NCBI GenBank assembly: GCA_038087875.1
Contig: CM075993.1
Location: 10,170,001-10,234,000, forward strand
Length of the DNA: 64,000 nucleotides
Source of the DNA: Malacoraja senta
Taxonomy: Eukaryota
Direction: 5' to 3'
The notes under the pieces are model-generated. The model was not told the DNA's origin and made no database searches. It was given only the letters and a program-made list of their open reading frames with translations. Positions within the stretch are counted from its first letter, which is position 1; each line of letters starts with the position of its first letter. Of the stretch, positions 27,717-42,238 are shown one piece after another. The translations under genes were made by a program, and so were the position numbers.

Positions 27717-29374
27717 CCCAAAACGTTGCCTATTTCCTTCGCTCCATAGATGCTGCCGTACCCGCTGAGTTTCTCCAGCAATTTTATCTTCCTTCTCAAA
27801 CAAAGTGTGTGTGTGTGTGTTTGTGTTGGTCGGAGGACTAATGGCTCAGACTGTCCTCTCTGCGTCTAGCCTCTCTCTGCACCTTCCTGACGGGCAAACG
27901 TGACGAGGAGACAGACTGATGCTTTGAACAGAGGATTAACTGAGGCAGAAGTCGATCGGTTCTTGATTAGTACGTAGTTGATTAGCAAATGGAAGGAACA
28001 GCACCTCATATTTCACTTGGGCAGCTTCCACCCCAGTGGTAGGAATATTGATTTCCCTAACTTCAAGTAACCCCTTCATCCCCTCTCTCTCTCTCCGCCC
28101 CTCCCCCACATTAGTTGTCGTACTAGTTTCATTGTCAGACCTCGACCAGAAACGTCACCCATTCCTTCTCTCCAGAGACGCTGCCTGTCCCGCTGACTTA
28201 CTCCAGATTTTTATGTCTATTTCCGGTTTAAACCAGCATCTGCAGTTCCTTCCTCCACTTGTTCCAAAGCCTTTGCTTTTTAACCTGATACCACTGTAAC
28301 CCGCCAGTTTCCTGCATGTCCCAACCTCTGGGCTGAAAGATAATATGAGCAGAAGCTACACCTCAGACTGTTGAAGGATCCCGACTCAAACTGTCACCTC
28401 TCCACGTTCTCCAGAGATGCTGCCTCACCCATGGAGTTACTGCAATACTTTGTGTCTTTTTTTGTAAACCAGCATCTGTAGTTCCTAGTTTCTACACTCA
28501 GACCGTTGAAACCAGTTTCATTGTGAACAAACAGGTGTGGGAATTATTTCTGCTTACAGCAAAGATATAGTTTGAAAAAAATCTGTATCTGTTGACCAAG
28601 CACCTGTCACAACCCATATAGAACCAGTAAAGGGCCTGTCCCACTGTACGAGGTAATTCACGAATTCTCCCAAGTTTTCCCCTGATTCGAACTCGCATCA
28701 AGAAGCGTCAGGTCCGGAAGCAGCGAGCAGTGTTTGTGGATGTAGAAATAGCCAGAGCACCTGGGGAAGGACATATGGTCACAGGGAGAACGTGTAGACT
28801 AGTCAGGGCAAGGTGATCAGGATTGATCTGGGGTCAATGGAGCTGTGAAGAAGCAACTCTGCCCACGGATCCTGTCATAGGTTATCATTTCTGGAGTTTT
28901 CAAACATAATACAGATAGGTGAGGCAGCATCTATGGAGAGAAGGAATGAGTGACGTTTCGGGACGAGACCCATCGTCAGTCTGAAGAAGGGTCTTGACCC
29001 GAAACATCACCCATTCCTTCTCCCCATAGATGCTGCGTCAACCGCTGAGTTACTCCAGTATTTTGTGTGTCTACCTTCGATTTTATCCAGCATCTGCAGT
29101 TCTTTCTCGCACATAATACAGATGGGGTTTGATTGAGTAACTGAGCCAGTTGGTCAGTGTAGAGAGTAGACATGAGGAAACAGCTACTTGCTCAGCTTCT
29201 ATTGACCGCGGGGAATTGTCACTTTCTGGAGAAGGAAGAGGAAGGGTTTGTAATTTGTGAAGGAAGCAGGAAGTGTTTTGAGTGATTGTGGACCTGCTCA
29301 TTGTTACAAAGAACTTACTGTGCTCTTCCTTCCTATTTGTTATCATCTACAAAGTGTTTAATTTGATAATTAGT

Positions 29375-30176
<802 letters not shown>

Positions 30177-30664
30177 TGAGTGAAAAGATTTCCTCTCCTC
30201 CAATACAACACAATACGATACGACAGAACTTTCTTTGCTGAAATTGGTCTGCCGACAGTCATAATACACAAAATACATGAACCATGAAATTAAAGTGACG
30301 AGTGGAAAGGATTGGGGATGTGCAAAGATTGAGGGGGAGGGGGGGTCAGTCGACCCCACGACAGAAGGGGGAGGAGTTGTGCAGTTTGACAGCCACAGGG
30401 AAGAAGGATCTCCTGTGGCGTTCTGTGGAACCAGTCTGTTGCTGAAGGTGCTCCTCAGGTTGACCAGTGCGTCATGGAAGGGGTGAGCTGTATTGTCCAG
30501 GATGCTCCACAGTTTGAGGAGCATCCTCCCCTCCAAGACCAACCTCCCGTGAATCCAACTCCAACTCCACCCCCAGGATGGAGCCGGCCTTCCTGATGAG
30601 TTTGTTGGTCCTGTCAACATGTCAGAGGGATAATGAAAATCAGGCTTATTATCACTAACATTAT

Positions 30665-31045
30665 AGCTGGGGCCGTTACTCTTCACGTTGTATATTAATG
30701 CTTTGGATGAGGGAATTGAAGGCTTTGTTTCCAAGTTTGCAGATGATACGAAGATATGTGGAGGGGCAGGTAGTGTAGAGAAAGCAGGGACTCTGCAGAA
30801 GGACTTGGACAGGTTGGGAGAGTGGGCAGAGAAGTGCCAGATGGAACACAGCATAGCCAAGTGTGGAGTCATGGATTTTGGTCGTAGGAATAAAGGCGTG
30901 GACTGTTTTCTAAATGGGGAGAGAATTCAGAAATCGGAGGTGCAAAGAGACTTGATGTGCTGGTGCAGGATGCCTTTGCAAGTTGAATCGGTAGTAAGGA
31001 AGGCAAATGCATCACTAGCATTTATTTTGAGAGGGCTACGATACA
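30665..31045 (+). mobile_element. CR1 LINE reverse transcriptase fragment
   Basis: YINALDEGIEGFVSKFADDTKI...LQKDLDRLGEWAEK. Confidence 0.85.
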
Positions 31046-31609
31046 GAAACAGTCTGTCTTTGGAGTGGGAGGAAACCAGAGCGCCCGGAGAAAACCCACG
31101 TGGTCACAGTGAGAACATACAACCTCCATACAGACAGCACCCTTAGTCAGGTTCGAGCCCGGGTCTCTGGAGCTGCAACTTTACCGCTGCACCAGCGTGC
31201 CGTCCTTAACTCTGAAAATACTTTCGTAATACATTTATAATAATGCATGTGATAACTTTAAAATCACCTCGTACAAGATGGTGCCCAGCCCAGGTGACTA
31301 TTTGCACGCTAGACACAGAAGCAGATCTACACTCGCATATTACAATCATTCCGCACTCTTAAATCTCTATTCCTACAGCAACACTTCTCACTTTAACTCT
31401 TAAACTCCTCTCAGATCTGTCCACACTTTGCCCTTATCATATATACACACACAGTAAATGGGTCAATTTGTAATCATGTATTGTCTTTCTGCTGACTGGA
31501 TAGCACGCAACAAAAGCTTTTCACTGAACCTCGGTACACGTGACAATAAACTAAACTGAAACCTTAAATTAAAGTGTAAGGATCCAAGTTTGCTAACGAT
31601 ATTGTATTG

Positions 31610-32050
31610 TATTGTATTGTATATCTTTATTGTCATTTCCTGAGTATTCGCATACCCAGAGGAAACAAAAAAACGTTCCTCAACCAGTGTCCATTTCAGT
31701 GTGTGCAGTAAAAAATAAATAGAAGTAAAAATACATATATCATGAACAAATTAACACTCTACTCTACTAAACATCAACAGGCGTTCCGATCGGCAGCGGC
31801 ACGACAGTGGCTCTGCTGCAGTGTGTCCAGGTTGGTGGTTGGTGCACAATACTTTGGCAGGGGACAAAGTCCGTTTATCAGTCTTATAACCTGCGGGAAG
31901 AAGCTGAGGAGCATCCTGCTGGTTTTGCACCTAATGCTCCGGTACCTCTTCCCAGATGGCAGGATGGAGAATATGTGGTGCGATGGGTGGTAGGGGTCTT
32001 TGATGATGGAGATGGCTCTGCTGATACATCTCTTCCATACATGGAAGAGA
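31610..32050 (-). mobile_element. Rex1/Babar LINE 3' fragment with (TATTG)n tail
   Basis: Minus-strand RCISRAISIIKDPYHPSHHIFSILPSGKRYRSI...SFFPQVIRLIN. Confidence 0.8.
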
Positions 32051-32560
32051 GGCATGAACATACATGTAAGAGAGTCATGTAACAGTGATTCTGTAGCAGG
32101 ATATAATGGAGCCGTTGTCCATGTACACCACAATCCCTTACACGGTGGGCAGGCTTGGGGTGACTACTGGAGTCACTTCTCTAACGAATGCCGTTGCAAT
32201 GGAGGTCCATCACACGGATAATGATTTTGACATTTGCGGCTGTATTCTCACGCAACACGTCTGTGTACGCTTCTAGTAAATTGGCGGTACAGGGTTTCAT
32301 AATGTGTTGTTCCCCATTCATGAGATGCTGATCTTTACAGTTATTGCTCATTCCTGTAGTCAGCTGGCGGCCACTGCCTTGAACTGCTGCAGTCCGTATG
32401 GTGAAGGTACTCCCACGCAAGCTCCCACCTCACCTGGGCAGCTCACACCCCAGCGGTATGATTAGTGACTTCTCCACCTACAAGTAACCCTTGCTTTCCA
32501 TCCCTCCCCCATCCCAGTTCTCCCACCAGCCTGACTGTCTACCTGATTACATTTTATCTC

Positions 32561-32725
32561 CGCGGGTGCAGCAGCATCTATGGAGCGAAGGAAATAGGCA
32601 ACGTTTCGTCCCGAAACGTTGCCTATTTCCTTCGCTCCATAGATGCTGCTGCACCCGCTGAGTTTCTCCAGCACTTTTGTCTACCTTCGATTTTCCAGCA
32701 TCTGCAGTTCCTTCTTAAACTCTTA
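32561..32725. mobile_element. Penelope-derived fold-back element (subfamily B) nested in an older Penelope 3' end, 13 bp TSD
   Basis: tacattttatctc flanks both sides. Inverted halves are centred on aacgtttcgtcccgaaacgtt. Confidence 0.75.
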
Positions 32726-33334
32726 TACATTTTATCTCTGTATGCTTCGTTGTCACCTTCTCCTAGCTAGCAAAGATCTATTCTACATTATCCGAGATCT
32801 CCTTTGATGTCTCGTTCTCACACCTTTCCCTTCCTTATCTCTGTGTCTCCCTCTCCCCTGACTCTCAGGCTGAAGAAGAGTCTCGACCCAAAACGTCACC
32901 CATTCCTTCTCTCCAGAGATGCTGCCTGACCTGAGTTACTCCAGCTTTTTGTGTCTACAGTTTAAACCAGCATCTGCAGTTCCTTTCTACACAATGGTTT
33001 TGAGGCAACTGGACAACACTCTCAAGCACTTTGCAGGACATTCTATTGACAATCTCTATTGGGGAGCAATGGATTGACTGGAATATGTGAAAATGTCGGA
33101 CAGTTTTCAATTAATAATAGATATTGAGAAATATGATTTTGAGGTGATAAGTTTGGAAATATCCTTTGTTATATTATCATCCCCATGATCATGAAAATTC
33201 ATGTTCATGAGTTATAGGAGCAGAATTAGGCCATTTGGCCCATCAGGTCTACTGCGCCATTCAATCATTTCCTTCTCAACCCCATTCTCCTGCCTTCTCC
33301 CCATAACCCTGACACCCGTACTAATCTAGAATCT

Positions 33335-33655
33335 CCCCGCTACCTTCAGGTAGAAGGTACAGGAGCCTGAAGACTGCAACGACCAGGTTCAGGAATAGCT
33401 ACTTCCCCACAGCCATCAGGCTATTAAACGTGGCTCGGACAAAACTCTGAACATTAATAGCCCATTATCTGTTATTTGCACTTTATCAGTTTATTTATTC
33501 ATGTGTGTATATATTTATATAATGGTATATGGACACACTGATCTGTTCTGTATTCATGCCTACCATGTTCTGTTGTGCTGAAGCAAAGCAAGAATTTCAT
33601 TGTCCTATTAGGGACACATGACAATAAACTCTTTTGAATCTTAAATCTTGAATCT
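33335..33655 (+). mobile_element. Rex1/Babar LINE 3' end
   Basis: LPSGRRYRSLKTATTRFRNSYFPTAIRLLN, followed by a 3' UTR ending atgacaataaactcttttgaatc. Confidence 0.8.
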
Positions 33656-34072
33656 CACATCTCCGTCTTAAAAATATCCATTGACTTGGCCTCCACGGCC
33701 TTCTGTGGCAATGAATTCCACAGATTCACCACCCACTGACCAGAGAAACTCCTCGCCTCCTACCTAAAGGAATGCAATTGTAGGAACAACTTTCCTTCTT
33801 GCTATTCTGTGCCTTTTGTTTGTAGCTTTAGCACGTGAATGCATTGAAAAGCTCTGCACTACAGAACCAGGACACTACAGAACCAGGACACTACTCATTG
33901 TTACCTTTCCCTGCCATCACAACAGCTAAATCCCCAAACGACTAAAATGGCTAAAAGTCTGAAGAAGAGTCTCGACCCGAAACATCACCTATCCATGTTC
34001 TCTAGAGATGCTGCACAAAATGCTGGAGTAACTCAGTGGGTCAGGCAGCATCTCTGGAGAGAAGGAATGGGT

Positions 34073-34100
34073 GACGTTTCGGGTCGAGACCCTTCATCAG
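34073..34100 (-). ncRNA. Minimal hammerhead ribozyme core with canonical CUGAUGA
   Basis: Reverse complement reads ctgatgaagggtctcgacccgaaacgtc. Confidence 0.62.
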
Positions 34101-34134
34101 ACTGAAGAAGGGTCTCAACCTAAGATGTCACCTA

Positions 34135-35718
34135 CAGTGGCTTGCAAAAGTATTCATACCCCTTGAACGTTTCCACATTTTGTCACGTTACAACTACAAA
34201 CGTAAATGTATTTTATTGGGATTTTATGTGATAGACCAACACAAAGTGGCACATAATTGTGAAGTGGAAGGAAAATGATACATGGTTTTCAAATTTTTTT
34301 ACAAATAAAAAACTGAAAAGTGTCGCGTGCAAAAGTATTCAGCCCCCTTTACTCTGATACCCCTAAATAAAATCCAGTGCGACCAATTGCCTTCAGAAGT
34401 CACCTAATTAGTAAATAGAGTCCACTTGTGTGTAATCTAATCTCAGTATAAATACAGCTGTTCTGTGAAGGCCTCAGAGGTTTGTTAGAGAACATTAGTG
34501 AACAAACAGCATCATGAAGCCCAAGGAACACACCAGACAGGTCAGGGATAAAGTTGTGGAGAAGTTTAAAGCAGGGTTAGGTTATAAAAAAATATCCCAA
34601 GCTTTGAACATCTCACGGAGCACTGTTCAATCCATCATCCGAAAATGGAAAGAGTATGGCACAACTGCAAACCTACCAAGACATGGCCGTCCACCTAAAC
34701 TGACAGGCCGGGCAAGGAGAGCATTGATCAGAGAAGCAGCCAAGAGGCCCATGGTAACTCTGGAGGAGCTGCAGAGATCCACAGCTCAGGTGGGAGAATC
34801 TGTACACAGGACAACTATTAGTCGTGCACTCCACAAATCGGGCCTTTATGGAACAGTGGCAAGAAGAAAGCCATTGTTGAAAAAAAGCCATGTGGGGGAC
34901 ACATCAAACATGTGGAGGAAGGTGCTCTGGTCAGATGAGACCAAAATTGAAGTTTTTGGCCTAAATGCAAAACGCTATGTGTGGCGGAAACCTAACACTG
35001 CACATCACCCTGAACACACCATCCCCACTGTGAAACATGGTGGTGGCAGCATCATGCTGTGGGGATGGTTTTCTTCAGCAGGGACAGGGAAGCTGGTCAG
35101 AGTTGATGGGAAGATGGATGGAGGCAAATACAGGGCAATCTTGGAAGAAAACCTGTTAGAGTCTGCAAAAGACTTGAGACTGGGGCGGAGGTTCACCTTC
35201 CAGCAGGACAACGACCCTAAACATACAGCCAGAGCTACAATGGAATGGTTTAGATCAAAGCATATTCATGTGTTAGAATGGCCCAGTCAAAATCCAGACC
35301 TAAATCCAATTGAGAATCTCTGGCAAGACTTGAAAATTGCTGTTCACAGATGCTCTCCATCCAATCTGATTGAGCTTGAGCTATTTTGCAAAGACGAATG
35401 GGCATAAATTTCAGTCTCTAGATGTGCAAAGCTGGTAGAGACATACCCCAAAAGACTTGCAGCTGTAATTGCAGCGAAAGGTGGTTCTACAAAGTATTGA
35501 CTCAGGGGGGCTGAATACTTTTGCAGGCGACACTTTTCAATTTTTTATTTGTAAAAAAATTTGAAAACCATGTATCATTTGCCTTCCACTTCACAATTAT
35601 GCGCCACTTTGTGTTGGTCTATCACATAAAATCCCAATAAAATACATTTACGTTTGTGGTTGTAACGTGACAAAATGTGGAAAAGTTCAAGGGGTATGAA
35701 TACTTTTGCAAGCCACTG
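34135..35718 (+). mobile_element. Tc1/mariner DNA transposon (IR/DR type, Passport-like), 1584 bp, TA target-site duplication
   Basis: TA|cagtggcttgcaaaagtattcatacccc ... ggggtatgaatacttttgcaagccactg|TA. Inverted repeats of ~210 bp with an inner direct repeat (gcaaaagtattcagcccc). Internal transposase ORF. Confidence 0.97.
34514..35500 (+). pseudogene. Tc1 DD34E transposase, mildly degraded
   Basis: N-terminal HTH region with GRPPK, then WSDETK, FQQDNDPKH and NPDLNPIEN, with 34 residues between the second D and E. A premature TAA at 35405-35407 is followed in frame by ISVSRCAKLVETYPKRLAAVIAAKGGSTKY* ending at 35500. Apparent short in-frame deletion after KPLLKKSH. Confidence 0.92.
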
Positions 35719-38700
35719 TATTCCTTCTCCCCAGAGATGCTGCCTGTCCCGCTGAGTTACTCCAGCATTTTCTGTCTATCTTCGGGTGTAAAATGGCATC
35801 TGCAGTTCCTTCCTATACACTTCGGAAGTGGCGGCGCTGCCCCTGCAGCTGCGGCTCGCCTGCACTCCGTCTGCCTTTTCCATTTTTTTGTTTTCTTTTG
35901 TCCTGTTGAACGTATGTTTTAGTTTATTTTTAGTTGTGTGTGTTGGGGGGGGGGGGAGAGAAACTTGTTTTTAGTCTCTTCCTTCGGGGGGGGATGCGAA
36001 CTTTTCTTGTCGTATCCCCCGTCTCCGTCTCCATCTGCGCTGAAGCCTAATGGCGGAGCTGGCGGCCTCCAACTTGGACCGACCTCGAGGCTCTGGAGGC
36101 AGAGCCAGGACTTACCAACGCGAGGCTGGCCGACTTCGGGGCTGTGGTGGCGTTGCGGCGGCGGCGGCCCGACTTCGTAGCCTCGGAGGCCCAGTGGACG
36201 ACAACGTCGGGAGCTCGCAGGTCCCAGATTCTCTGGAGCTCCCTCAACAACAGTTTCGTCCGCTGGACTGGAGGGTGGAAGCTTCGTCAGCCCCGGGCCG
36301 CGAAGTTTGAACCGGCCCGTTCGCGGAGCTCGGATTCAGCCGCGGGACTTACCATCACCCGGCGAGGGGGGGGCCCCAACATCGAAAGCCTGGATCGCCT
36401 CAACGCAGAGGGAGAAAAAGGAAGGAAGAGACAAGGACTTTAAGACTTTTGCCTTCCATCACAGTGAGGAGGTGCCTGGTAGACTCACTGTGGTGGATGT
36501 TAAACTGTTTCATTGTGTGTTCTGTTATTTTATTCTCTGTCATGACTGCAAGGTATGCAATTTTGTTCAGACTGAAAAGTCTGAATGACAATAAAGGATC
36601 CTTATACTTTCTCTGGAGATGCTGCCTTTCCCGCTGAGTAGCTCCAGCACTTTGTGTCCTTTTGTAGCCAGATGTGTCCAGGCCACCACACGTTGATCTT
36701 TTATTCAAGGTTCACATTTACATTTCCCTCTTGGTGCTTTGCTGGACTGTAGGTTTGAGAAAATCTGTCTGCGAACCCACTGCTGTGACAGTGGTTGAAT
36801 CTTTTATTGGGACACCAAGAATTATTACGGTCCATAGTTTAACGTTTTCAGGAAATGTTAGTTAATCTTTAGTTAAGGACCACACCGCATTTTCCTGAAC
36901 AGCCCACGGTGGCTAATGACTTTGGAATTTCCTGTGCCGTTTAAAAGACATTTGGACAGATTAGGAAGTAATATCTTCTGAAGAATAATATTGGATGGAT
37001 GCAGGAAGAGAAGATTTATTGAACAAACTTTCTCATCAATATTAAACCCTTGGATATTGTACTTGCTCTGTTTTTAATAATCTATAGCTGAGTTTGTATT
37101 AACACATCTCCATTTGTCTATTTTTTCCTAAATATTTATTTGATTTGGAACATTAGCATTAATTCAGACTAGGCGCAAGGAACTGCAGAAGCCGGTTTGC
37201 AAAAATACACACAAAGTGCTGGAGTAACTCAACGGGCCATAAGAGTCCTAGAGTTCTGAGGCAGCAGCTCTACCAGATGGGCCACTGTGCCTCCAGGAGA
37301 TGGACAAAATGAGCATGTGTCTGGAATGGAGCTCAGTACCACATTACAGGGCACATTTACAAACACGGTGTTAATAGAGTGATACAGTGTGGAATCAGGC
37401 CCTTCGGCCCAACATGCCCACGCCGGCCAACATGTCCCAGCTACACTAATCCCACCTGCCCATGCTTGGTCCATATCCCTCCAAACCTGTCCTATCCATG
37501 AACCTGTCGAACTGTTTCTTAAATGTTGGGATAGTCCCAGCCTCAACTACCTCCTCTGGCAGCTTGTTCCATACACCCACCACCCGTTGTGTGAAAAACG
37601 TTACCCCTCAGACACTTATTAAATCTTTCCCCTTCACCTTAAACCGATGTCCTCTGGTCGATTCACTTGCTCTGGGCCAGAGACTCTGTGCATCGACCCG
37701 ATCTATTCCGATCTACACACGATCTAGTGGGTCAGGCAGCATCTGTGGACGATATGGACGCTAATTCAGACTCTTGATTCCCTTTTGCCATTTAATTGCA
37801 TCTGGTCTCTCTCTTAGCTGAATTGTACATATTGTGGCCTGCAAACCTTGACTAGCAAAACCTGATCAATCTTCGTTAGCTGCGAACAATTTGGTTGATT
37901 CGATTTCACTCTCATAATGTCTCGCAAAAACAATGCCTTGTTTTGTAAACCGTTTCAGATCCGAACTCAAATAAAGCCATTGCAGTTTGGTTCTGAAACT
38001 GAACGCAATGTTAATTGCTCTGTTTAAACATGGTGCAGGGAATGTACATTTGCATCACAGCGTGATTAGATATGGCTGAGTTGGCTGCCAGTATTTGGTG
38101 AAAATGCAACTCAAACCAATTAGTTTAAATGAGATAAGATATTCAGAGTGAAAGTTGGCTTGAGACCTGCCAACAAATGGGGCATTAAAAAGAAAAGACT
38201 TCTTGTGGGGAGCTGAAGATTGTCTGGCAAGTATTATATCATTTATACTGTTAGATGATTGATCTGGTGAAAGTGGATTTCACAACAAAATGCACTTCCA
38301 GTCTCAGATTTAAGATTGAAAATTGACCTAATGTCACTTTCTTTTGCCCAAGGGAGTTTGAAATTGTTCCCTTCTTTCCATTTACAAGTGGTTCCATACA
38401 TGACCCCCGACCTTCAGTCTCAGACTCTGAAAGAGTGGCAGTAGTTTATCTACTCGGGTTCCCTCAACATCTTGAAGGCATTTCAAGTCAACTCATAACC
38501 ATCTATGTTGTGTCAACTTTCCTTAGTTCAATCTACGGAGTCCAGACATCAATCATTCCTGTGACCTGAACTGTTCTCCCTCTAAGATTGTTTTCAGTTT
38601 TTCATCAAAAGGAAAAGAATGTGGAATTCGTTGCCGCAGACGGCAGTGGAGGCCACGTCTTTGGGTATTTTTAATTTAATTTGGGATTGACAGATACGTG

Positions 38701-39356
38701 ATCGGTAAAGGTGTCGAGGGTCACGGGGAGAAGGCAGGAGAAAGGAGTTGAGAGGGAAAGATAGGTCAACTATGATTGAATGGCAAAGACTTGATGGGCC
38801 GAATGGCCTGCTTCTGCCCCGATGGCTTATCAAAGGAGCATTAAAGCGTGGAAACGGGCCCTTCGGCCTATCGAGTCCGCACCGGCCAGCGATCCCCGCA
38901 CTGTTAACACCAGGGCCAATTAACCAAGCCAATTAACCTACAACCCTGTACGTCTTTGGAGTGTGGGAGGAAACCGTTGGTCTTGGAGAAAACCCACGCG
39001 GTCACGAGTTGAATGTATAAACTCCATACAGACAGCACCCGTAGTCGGGATCGAACCCGGGTCTCCGGCGCTGTGAAGCAGCAACTCTACCGCTGCACCA
39101 TCGTGCTGGCCTATAGTATCCACTTCCTCCACCATCTCAGCAGAATTGTACCCAGACATTTGGCATGGTGGTGCAGAGGTAGAATTGCTAACTTGCAACG
39201 CCACAAAACCGGGTTCGATCCTCACCATGGGTGCTGTCTGTGTACGTTCTCCCTGTGACCGCGTGGGTTTTCTCTGAGTGCTCCGGTTTTCTCCCACATT
39301 CCAAAGCCGCACCTGTTTCCACACTGTATGCCTTTAATAATGCCCCATTCCTCTGT

Positions 39357-39478
39357 TTAAGAAGGAACTGCAGATGCTGGAAAATCAAAGGTAGACAAAA
39401 GTGCTGGAGAAACTCAGGTTTCCTTCGCTCCATAGATGCTGCCGCACCCGCTGAGTTTCTCCAGCACTTTTGTCTACC
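39357..39478. mobile_element. Penelope-derived fold-back element (subfamily B) with 14 bp TSD
   Basis: ccccattcctctgt at 39343-39356 and 39479-39492. Confidence 0.8.
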
Positions 39479-41932
39479 CCCCATTCCTCTGTGTTGTGTC
39501 TAATTTTATAAAACATATCTTGAACAATTTAGACCTCCAACCTTAGTGTACAATTTCTCAGAAGGGCATAAACTCATTTGTATTAGCTTGTGTTATATTC
39601 ATCCCTCTTATTCTGAATACCTTGACCATTCAATGGAAAAGCCTTTAATTTTAACTTTTTCATGATTTGATACTATTCCCTGGTGCGTTATTACTGTGCA
39701 AACTCCTTGTCCTTCTCACCTTCTACCGAGCATTATTTAAACTGCAGCACCTGATGTTTTGCTTCAGAGTCGGAGATTGTGGGTATTCAGCATGGCTTTG
39801 TTTGTGGGAAATTATCTCACAAATCTGAGAGTTTTTGAGTGAGATGTCCCAGAGGATTAACAAGTGCTGGGTGCTAGACATTGTCCACATGGACTTTACC
39901 AAGAGTTTTGACAGGTTCCCACATGGTAGACTGATTCAGAAGAATTTGGGACGGCACGATGGAGCAGCAGGTAGAGCTTTCGCCTTATAGCGCCGGAGAC
40001 CAGGGTTCGATCCCGACTGCGGGTGCTGTCAGTACGGAGTTTGTACGTCCTCCCCGTGATCTGCGTGGGTTTTCTCTGAGATCTTCGGTTTCCTCCCACA
40101 CTGCAAACATATACAGGTTTGTAGGTTAATTGGCTTGTTATATATGTAAATTGTCCCTAGTGTGTAGGATGGTGTTGATGTGCAGGGATCGCTGGTCGGT
40201 GCGGACTCAATAAGCCGAAGGGCCCGTTTTCGTGCAGTATCTCCGAAACTGATTCATGGGATCCAGAGTGGTTAACCAATTTGATGCAACATCAACATGA
40301 TGGTTGGAAGCTGAAGATGGTCTTTTTCATATTGGATGCCCATGACCAATGGTTTAGCTCAAGGATTGCTGCTGGTCCCCCTGTTGTTTGTCATGTGTAT
40401 TGATCATTTGGATGAGATGATCAATGATTAGTACGGCCTTTAAAGTTGGTGGGCCGTGGAGCGTGAAGAAGGACTTTGGAAATGGCACCAAAACATGGCG
40501 GTGCATCCACGTATACATATGTAAATATGCACATGTGACAAATAAAACCCTGTTGAAGGTTGTCTAAAGACACAACTGGATGTTGATCAACTGGATAAAA
40601 TGGCCAAAGGAATGGTGGGTGTTTTATTCGACATTCATCTCCCTAGTGGTGTTCTTCCGTTCCGGCGCCGGAGTTCCGATCATCCCGGCGAGAGGGCCTG
40701 AACATCGGGCCACCCGCAGCGGTGACTGCGGAGGGCTTAAAGGCCCCGACCACGGGTGAACAAGAGGAGGACGACTGAACTTTATTGCCTTCCCTCACAG
40801 TGGGAAACGTTGATCCCGCTGTGGGGGATGTTCGTGTTAAATTCGATCGTGTTGTGTTCATTTAATTTTATTTGTGTGGTAACTCAAATTTCACTGCACC
40901 ACTTGGTGTATGTGACAATAAATGTAACTTGTAACTTGAACTTACTTTGAAGTAGTGTTGCATTGTGTTGCTACGTTAACATGTGAAACAACTTCTTGAG
41001 GTAATAGTGCTGCTATTAATAGTAACAACTGCACATAATCACTGGTGTGCTGGAGCCAGAAGCTAACGTCCATACCTCACCTGATGACATGGTTTATAAT
41101 CTCTTAATGAAAGCCTAGGAGAGAATGCTTATTAAAACATGAGGAACATAACAGGTACAGGTTAATAAGTAGTGTGTAAGAAGGAACTGCAGATGCTGGT
41201 TTAAACCGAAGATAGACACAAAAAGTTGGAGTAACTCAGCGGGACAGGCAGCATGCAGAGATCCGAAGATGTCTTGACCCAAAATGTCACCCTTTCCTTC
41301 TCTCCAGAGATGCTGCCTGTCCCACTGAGTTACTCCAGCTTTTTGAATGAATGAATAAGTTTATTGTCCTAGTATTCACATACAAGGAATTTGCCTTGGT
41401 GCTCTGCCCGCATGTGACAACATGACATACAGTGACAGTTAGGAATGACGCATAAAATATTAAACATTAATAATAAAACATTATTGATTAAACATGTGAA
41501 TTAAATAAAATACCAGAGCAAAAGGAGGCTACAGATTTTTGGTTATTTACAGCTACTACTCGTGGAAAAAAATAATCTTTGTGTCATATACATGTTAATA
41601 AGCACGGGAGATTGAAATCTTTCATGCACTGGACACATAGAGTTTGTAAAAAAGGAGGATGAATTCAGAACAGTAAAAGATCGAAGTCATTGGTGAAAAA
41701 CTGCTGGAGTAACTCAGCAGGTCCGGCAGCATTCTGGAGAACATGGATAGGTGACGTTTCAGGTCGAGACCCTTCAGCTGTTTTGCATTTTGAATAGCAT
41801 CTTTGGATTCATTCTATAATTAACGTTAAGGAGAAGCACATTAAAAAATATATTAACTCCGCACTATTTTGATATTGAAGTTGAGTAAAAACAAAATATA
41901 AATGGATTTGTAGCTAAGGCCAAACAAGTATA

Positions 41933-42238
41933 AGCCCTGTCCCACTGCACGAGTTCATTCAAGAGCTCTCCCGAGTTTGCCCTGATTCAAACTCGGAGAT
42001 TTATGGTAATAGCCGCTCGTAGGTACTCGGGGCTCTCGTGGACATGTTGAAAAATCTTCATGAGTCTTCACGAGCTTACCGCGTTTCCCGAGTACCTACC
42101 GTTATCGTTACGAGCCGCTAAGAGACGTCCCCGACCTCCGACGTACCCGCTAAGTACATTCTACGTGCTTACCACGAGTTTCTTTTTTTTTATAACTCGG
42201 GAGAGCTCTTGAATGAACTCGTACAGTGGGACAGGGTT
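41933..42238. mobile_element. PIF/Harbinger-like MITE, family 1
   Basis: agccctgtcccactgcacgagttcattc...gaatgaactcgtacagtgggacaggg. Confidence 0.75.
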
